Assembly (NCBI GenBank): GCA_964355175.1
Contig: CAYHBZ010000001.1
Coordinates: 240,523-304,522 of the forward strand
Source of the DNA: an uncultured Gammaproteobacteria bacterium
Lineage (GTDB): Bacteria > Patescibacteriota > Patescibacteriia > Magasanikbacterales > GWA2-37-8
Direction of reading: 5' to 3'
DNA: 64,000 nucleotides
Shown here: positions 58,801 through 64,000 of the stretch, piece by piece
How positions within the stretch are numbered: position 1 is the stretch's first letter
Layout of the letters: each line of letters starts with the position of its first letter
Notes under the pieces: generated by a model
Told to the model about the DNA's origin: nothing
The model's database searches: none
What the model saw: only the letters and a program-made list of their open reading frames with translations
Position numbers and translations under genes: made by a program

Positions 58801-61800
58801 AGTGATGGCTATAGCGCCTTGCACACTACACTCGGATAAATTCCATTTCACACCACCAGGTGGATCACACTGTTCGTTCTTTCCTACTTTTCCATCACCA
58901 CAGGTACCCATTACCAAACTGGAAATTTCTTTACTTTGATTACAGATGCCGCTGTCACTATTGAATTTGGAAGCGTTGCCCGATGGGACAAAATCATCAA
59001 AGAGATTGGCTTTGTTTAAAATATTCAAACCTTGACCAAGCCCAATGATTTCCCAATTCATTTTAACTACATAATTATTGGCTCCAGGAACAGTGGATGA
59101 AGTAGAGGTGGCGATATAGCGATAAGCCAAAGAACTTGGCGCACAGGCAAAACTGAAGCGCTGATTTTCCGTACTCCAGCCGGTATTTGCATCATGTAAA
59201 ACACATTTCTGATCAGCTGGAATTTGGGTACCACAATCGGCGTCTTTCACACAGAAAACTCCAGTAGATACAGCACAGGTGCCGGCTATACCAAGCTTAT
59301 TAATAGGATCAACCGGTAAAGAATTGCCTGGACTACTGACGGCATTGGCCAATACGGACCAAGATGGCCAAGTGCTGATAGTTTGACCAGTGAGATAGGT
59401 GCCGGCTTTCAAATCCGGATAAGTAGCGCCATGGGTTTTATAATAACTATCCAGAGCGTTAAAAATTTTACCGGTATCCTGCAGTCTCTTGAAGTCGCGT
59501 TGTAATTTATCTTTTTGGGCGGAACATACCGGTGTGGAGGTGGCCGTAGCCAGACAATCAAAATCCGATACACAGGCAGGAGCATCCGCGGCCGGACCAT
59601 TACCCGGCACTATACAGCGCCTATCGTTTGTCAGGTTCAAATTAAATTTAAGATTCTTTATGAATTGATCAAAAACTTTTCTAGTCTCCTGATTGGCGTT
59701 TGGATTAATACTAAATAAATAAGTATTAGTATACAAATTACCGCTATTAACATTTATAGTAGAGGCAGTGAAATTGAGAGCATTTACATAAATATTATTG
59801 CCATCGCTGACCGCGTCATAGCCGTCTACCGAAATATCTTGCAACCCACCACTAGATTTGAATCCTTGTCCGCCCAACTTTTTATCCAACTCAAACCACT
59901 GTCTGGCAGTAAGATGATTTGGATTGGATAATATTTGTACACCGATAGCATCGCTATTTTTTGTACTAGTAAAGAAGAAGCGTTTAAGGGCGTTAAATGG
60001 TTTGGCCAAAGATTGCTCTACACTAGAAGTAACCACTTTGGTATGAGGAACACAGGTCGATAAAACTTTTACCGGGCTATAATTATTTAGACCATTACAT
60101 TTCATTGTCTTGGTAGCGTCTAAATTATTATAAAAATTACCAAAAGGTTGGTTAGTGCCTAGAGCATCCAAACAATCTTGAACGACATCACAGTTCACCG
60201 GATGATTATTGGCATCAAAATAATAATTAATATTGGTGGCGGTACTTGGCACACACATACCAGTTTTCCCAGTAATAAAGGTCTGCTTGCCACCAAACAT
60301 ACTTAAAGTATAATTTGTACAATCGCCATCAGCAGCACATTGTAGACCAACATCATTGGCACAAGTGCTTTTATCAGGAACAGTCTGACTAATTTCCGTA
60401 ACCGCGTTAACAAAACTACCACTACCTAAAGTAGTAGAAGCCACTTGTACAGCCGGTTTCAAATACGGTAAATCATCAATATTATTTCCCGAAGTGCCAC
60501 TATCAGCACAATAATAAGTACTAAAATTGAAGTAACCGGCACTTACTACCTGTGAAGCCGGAATAGCCGTATTATCAAAAATATTTTGAGAAAGATTAAA
60601 ATTATCATTGTTCCCTACTTTATCTTCATAAGGAAAAATGGTAAACGGACCATTTGTTCCCACTTTCTGTTTGAGCGGTGGCCAAGGATTTTCACACAAA
60701 AATACTATTATGTGAGATCGGCCGGTACCCACCAAACCAGTTTGTTTAGTGAATTTATTATCGACTATGTTCGCGCTGGCATATACATCCAATTCGCCAT
60801 TTCTGTTTTGAGAAACGATATTATTGATACTACTGCTGGTATTATTTACAGTAATAAAATCATTTACTTTTGGGCCCCAGACATAATTCCAAGCATAACC
60901 AGGCACTGATTGAATTATCTGATTATTTTGAGTACGAGCCTCGGCGACCAAAGTGGTACTAACATTAGCCACATTGAAAGCATAATGATCCGGAGCCACA
61001 GTTACCGAAGATACTTCACAAATATTGCCACCAGTAGTAAATTTCCAGCCAAGCGGTTTACCGCCGACACCATTTCTAATACTTACGCCTCGGATATCTT
61101 TAATTCCAGTCTTGAGCACTACTGCGTAAGTAGTATTCACAGCCAAAGCCTTATTTAACTGTAAAATAACTTTTGAACCCCCATTGCCATCTGGCACCAC
61201 CGCTGGAGTGGCTAGATCGGCACCCGCGCACCAAACACTGGCCTGAGCATATTTATTACCAAAAATATTTTTTACTACTGATACCGCTTTGTACCAGATT
61301 TTCTTATACCAAGCCAAATTTTGATTATTAACAGAAGAAGCGATCAGATCGTTACTTACCATTTCCGTGCCGGTTGCGCAGACATTACTCTTGTCGTCAT
61401 ATTTGGCCAGGAGCAAATTACCGGCTAAAGTATTAATATTGATCACACTATCAAAATCAGCCTGGATATAAGTATTGATACAAATATTACTGATTGTTTC
61501 AACGGTACTGCCCGGATAAACTTTGGTCAATTGCGGACGAGCATAGCAACAAGTATCATCACCTACGCCACGGTTTAGATCATTAAATTTACCCGAACAT
61601 TCGGCGTCACTTTGCCAACCACATTCTACCTGGTATTTACCGGAACCGGATTTAGCGTTGGTAGTGCCGGTGATATTACTAAATTGTACCGGCGGCACAC
61701 CGCTTGGCTGACCTCCACCCTCACCAATGGCCAAAACCCACGGATCGACAAAAGTCTTAATTACGCCAACAAAATTCGCTACATCATCACACTGCGCGTC

Positions 61801-63999
61801 TTCACCAGCACCCGCCACACCATCTCCACATACGGATGGCCCTGGCCCTGGAGGCATTGGATACATTAAAGAAGAGCCTTGTTTTTGACCACTATCACTA
61901 CATCCCACTTCACCGGCAACACATCGCACCAATTTCAAACAACGATCATTACAAGAATTGTCATGATTTCCGTTTCCAATATCACAGCCAACATCTTCGT
62001 TATAATCCACCACACCATCACCACAGCGACTAAAGGCTCCAGCACAGGCTTGATTGAATTCTTCGGTAGAAAATCCACCTTTATCCACTTTGTGATCTTT
62101 ACACCAAGCTGATGATAATGATGTGCCGGAATGCAAACAATTAGCATTGCAGTACATGGCCGAAGTAGTAACAGTGGAAGACGGAGCAATTCCCAAATCA
62201 CAATCTTCATCTATTCCCAACAATCCATTTCCACAAATAGAAGCGTTTACATCTTTTGCGTCTGTATTTATCTGTGAACCTTTTTTAGTTTTTCCAATAG
62301 TTAAACAATTCAAACTGCAATTGGCCAATTTATTCGGTGCTAAACAATCTTCACCTGCTTCAATCACATTATTACCACAAACAGGATAACTAGCGGACGC
62401 TGATCCCGCAGGAATATTACTACCGGTCAACAAACAATTACTGGTACAATAAGGATTGTGGCCTTTGGTAGTGAAAGATTTAATCGAAGCAACCTGAAGA
62501 TTGCTTGAAGCCCAATTCCAAGTCGATTTATATGGATTTAATTTTTGACCACTAACACTGCAGGCGTCTGGAGCAGAATATGGCTGAGCGGTAAACACGG
62601 CGCGATCATCTAATTTTTGCGCGGTAAATATTTTTGGTGCTACTTCTACTCTATCGATAGCGCAAGCTTCTTTTTTGGTACGAAAACGCCATGAGAATTC
62701 TTGATTAAAAGGTTTGGAAAAACTAGTGGGATCACTGGCTTTGCCCAAAGACCAAAGTTGCGATAGACCAGCAAGGTCTGGTGAGGAGGTAGAAGACAAT
62801 ACTACTTTATACATAGTATTTGGCAACAAACTCTGACCATTAACATTATTAAAAATTTTTAACCAGCGACGATCGTTGATAGATTTACTATCAATTGATT
62901 GCGAATTAACAGCTACCAATACAGGTGCCAGACAATTCTCATCATTATCGGCGCACTTATAAAGTTTTGCGGCAGTCACTTTATTCTTATCAGACATACT
63001 AACATTAAATGTAGCCGATACGAGCGCATCGGTACAAGCCTCCAAACATTTTGGCTCATAGTCTACTACTTTTGGATTGGACAAATCTATAGTGAGAGAA
63101 CTGGTGCCGGTTTTGGAAGTTACCACACCATTGCTAGTGGTAGCCGCAGTCGCATTAATATATACGCTGTTATCCGGCAAACCAATTCCTACAGTATTGG
63201 CTTCAGAGCCAAACTGAGCCAAACGGTTGCTTGGACCAAAGGTACTAAGACGCTTCACATACTGTGTAACGGCAGGACTCCAGGTCCAAGCAAAACCATT
63301 TACATTCATCATAATACAACGCTGAGTGCTCAAACCATTACCAGAATAAGTAATGTCGTAAGCATCACCGCCGACTGTGTGATATCTGATAGGCTCTTCT
63401 AGAACACTGGTCCAAAATTGACTAGGAGTAACTATTACTTGTTTTAATTTACAATCACCTTGCCCAGCGCGGAAAGAAAAACAGTAAGCCGTGCCATCCC
63501 CGCAAGGTTTGTTAGCGGCCAAATCAAATTGAATGCTTTCATTATATTTATTTTTAGAAACCAGTGATTTTATACCAGAATTTAAAACTACCTGATACCA
63601 AGTATTTGGCGTCCATTTCTGATTATCCTTTAAAGAAATTTCCAGATAATGGTGCGGGGTATTATTGGAATTACTATTGGAAACTTTTAATTCGTAACTT
63701 TTTTGATTAATCTGAGCATTATCTATAAGTTTTTGATCCACACATTTGTTACCATTGATAGAGCTACAAGTAAAAATTTTAACCGTGTTAGCGTTTACCG
63801 TGGCCTGATCTAGTGTGGCGGTAAATTCCACGGTGGCCACAGCTGTCTGACAAACATTGCTAGCGTCCACCGAGCCGCCTGTATTCCAAAGTGTGGATGG
63901 TGATGGTGAAGGAATAAAGTTCCCAGCTTCAGTGGTGGCATCACAGCGCTCTACCACCTGAGGGATAGATGAAATGCCGCCGGTAGAAAATAACCAGAC
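55846..63999 (-). CDS. Giant Cys-rich surface protein (>2700 aa, 5' end beyond window): Ig-like domains, CGDG/CGNG..E.CD repeats, LamG-like domain
   Basis: Frame is open to the window end; many CG[DN]G...E.CD repeats; LamG-type FSAWI...WHFVAVT...YVDG...F.G.MDEV..Y.RALSA.EI. Confidence 0.88.
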   Translation of the reverse strand, partial: VWLFSTGGISSIPQVVERCDATTEAGNFIPSPSPSTLWNTGGSVDASNVCQTAVATVEFTATLDQATVNANTVKIFTCSSINGNKCVDQKLIDNAQINQKSYELKVSNSNSNNTPHHYLEISLKDNQKWTPNTWYQVVLNSGIKSLVSKNKYNESIQFDLAANKPCGDGTAYCFSFRAGQGDCKLKQVIVTPSQFWTSVLEEPIRYHTVGGDAYDITYSGNGLSTQRCIMMNVNGFAWTWSPAVTQYVKRLSTFGPSNRLAQFGSEANTVGIGLPDNSVYINATAATTSNGVVTSKTGTSSLTIDLSNPKVVDYEPKCLEACTDALVSATFNVSMSDKNKVTAAKLYKCADNDENCLAPVLVAVNSQSIDSKSINDRRWLKIFNNVNGQSLLPNTMYKVVLSSTSSPDLAGLSQLWSLGKASDPTSFSKPFNQEFSWRFRTKKEACAIDRVEVAPKIFTAQKLDDRAVFTAQPYSAPDACSVSGQKLNPYKSTWNWASSNLQVASIKSFTTKGHNPYCTSNCLLTGSNIPAGSASASYPVCGNNVIEAGEDCLAPNKLANCSLNCLTIGKTKKGSQINTDAKDVNASICGNGLLGIDEDCDLGIAPSSTVTTSAMYCNANCLHSGTSLSSAWCKDHKVDKGGFSTEEFNQACAGAFSRCGDGVVDYNEDVGCDIGNGNHDNSCNDRCLKLVRCVAGEVGCSDSGQKQGSSLMYPMPPGPGPSVCGDGVAGAGEDAQCDDVANFVGVIKTFVDPWVLAIGEGGGQPSGVPPVQFSNITGTTNAKSGSGKYQVECGWQSDAECSGKFNDLNRGVGDDTCCYARPQLTKVYPGSTVETISNICINTYIQADFDSVININTLAGNLLLAKYDDKSNVCATGTEMVSNDLIASSVNNQNLAWYKKIWYKAVSVVKNIFGNKYAQASVWCAGADLATPAVVPDGNGGSKVILQLNKALAVNTTYAVVLKTGIKDIRGVSIRNGVGGKPLGWKFTTGGNICEVSSVTVAPDHYAFNVANVSTTLVAEARTQNNQIIQSVPGYAWNYVWGPKVNDFITVNNTSSSINNIVSQNRNGELDVYASANIVDNKFTKQTGLVGTGRSHIIVFLCENPWPPLKQKVGTNGPFTIFPYEDKVGNNDNFNLSQNIFDNTAIPASQVVSAGYFNFSTYYCADSGTSGNNIDDLPYLKPAVQVASTTLGSGSFVNAVTEISQTVPDKSTCANDVGLQCAADGDCTNYTLSMFGGKQTFITGKTGMCVPSTATNINYYFDANNHPVNCDVVQDCLDALGTNQPFGNFYNNLDATKTMKCNGLNNYSPVKVLSTCVPHTKVVTSSVEQSLAKPFNALKRFFFTSTKNSDAIGVQILSNPNHLTARQWFELDKKLGGQGFKSSGGLQDISVDGYDAVSDGNNIYVNALNFTASTINVNSGNLYTNTYLFSINPNANQETRKVFDQFIKNLKFNLNLTNDRRCIVPGNGPAADAPACVSDFDCLATATSTPVCSAQKDKLQRDFKRLQDTGKIFNALDSYYKTHGATYPDLKAGTYLTGQTISTWPSWSVLANAVSSPGNSLPVDPINKLGIAGTCAVSTGVFCVKDADCGTQIPADQKCVLHDANTGWSTENQRFSFACAPSSLAYRYIATSTSSTVPGANNYVVKMNWEIIGLGQGLNILNKANLFDDFVPSGNASKFNSDSGICNQSKEISSLVMGTCGDGKVGKNEQCDPPGGVKWNLSECSVQGAIAITVLHGDICSKSCQWQVSATSTSCGAKLSKCKNGIVEVGETCDEGVLNGQYGHCNATCTGFSSTCGDGAVDQANEVCDTKSNNYFGWCVDGLMWFMQSNNGTATNDTFCNFWLSSPFLSNDGKLESLNLNKNKYSLKKVDSCASDCQKYGPYCGDGIAQTEFGEECDGNQSCSIADVSGSRLCSNECKWKNNTAILYYKFDDVWVSNVAYVPANNSYVPNSASSTGDNLVPYKAYCSGNGAQGCPIPVPSLSVSKKQAMSFNGTSNYFIVDHQNKFNINELTFSAWINVDPTISDGYHTIVSKENSKDGFGGVAGDGRTYDHNRDYNLYLVKTTSGPEKFVSKLHLSSRVFSNNYSAINSSSVPIFGSNGVDLKMSTNEWHFVAVTVDAMRNTNYYVDGNLIGVGATNGSATLKADHNYPIKLGHDDTSFFKGGMDEVQLYGRALSAIEIKDLYANSANFCELSSAPKEVAIAGSCNNGKVEIENGEVCDKGSENGKPCVSSYNQSCTYCSFDCENVITVNAAGYCGDTIINGPEKCEVDSIGSLVSIATSSGTGNDYVNSKGLSTFNSIYTNHGGYKVLQCYAEFNTTLNATSSYWYSQFLAGDPDAKNNLIGKIGEKSCAANCGIGSNSPIQSSCVACGLSDKGVVVSGGIVNVLDPTGKNPLIAEPESVIPGQHLGYMGLLYPKKDSAITGNAAAYAVAFDRYAFGSEVVSYKFQTDSNSGTVDAKIASNPVCSDTSQDRYYRLSLNADLSKEHLVDFPVFTASAPDSYNLLLSPVIPQNNVNSVVNTVARPNDIRIVVSWVGKDVSQFSAGLLGSDFVPSKWVPNKSNVDGYSSYYLNNDDTVWFHGFGSVPEFNINEEAFTIDTTRMSVSSYAFFVQISSSSLPIAQVGKDAKLKVEIYAAEPQRAQENNDVYRHFARPIKTFYFSQAIPSSNNGAQYWHVFNVLKDNSPIAEYANHFYVGTNLPKDKQYNSVRTDIKLVY

Positions 64000-64000
64000 A

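Noticed and set aside
1-64000. Alternative genetic code (UGA=Gly)
   Set aside because: Conserved genes translate full-length under the standard code.

Overview
AT-rich bacterial chromosome segment whose gene set points to a Patescibacteria/CPR organism, probably Parcubacteria or Magasanikbacteria-like (inferred, not proven): native genes without Shine-Dalgarno sites, an ECF sigma next to a DUF5667-like gene, an S-layer-like protein, elp3 and a giant Cys-rich surface protein. 1-23.4 kb is a minus-strand surface-glycan locus: GT4/GT9 transferases, methyltransferases, WbpB/E/D, ADP-heptose fusion enzymes, a HAD-UbiA fusion and two O-antigen-ligase/OTase-like proteins. It lies directly downstream of a 1238-aa S-layer-like gene. 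27-53 kb is housekeeping: metK, tRNA-Val, elp3 with a Trm9-like methyltransferase, thiE, glyA, pyk, nrdR, ftsZ, ftsA, dgkA, ybeY. 53-64 kb holds Ca-binding membrane proteins and a truncated giant surface protein. The most unusual signal is four unrelated GC-rich orphan ORFs (37.9, 38.6, 40.9, 47.1 kb) that share one RNA architecture: boxA-like GTTCTTT, a long leader hairpin, a strong SD, and a long-range stem that closes right after the stop codon. Also notable are a two-copy covarying ~180-nt hairpin element, a leader-peptide attenuator and a paired-operator divergent promoter.
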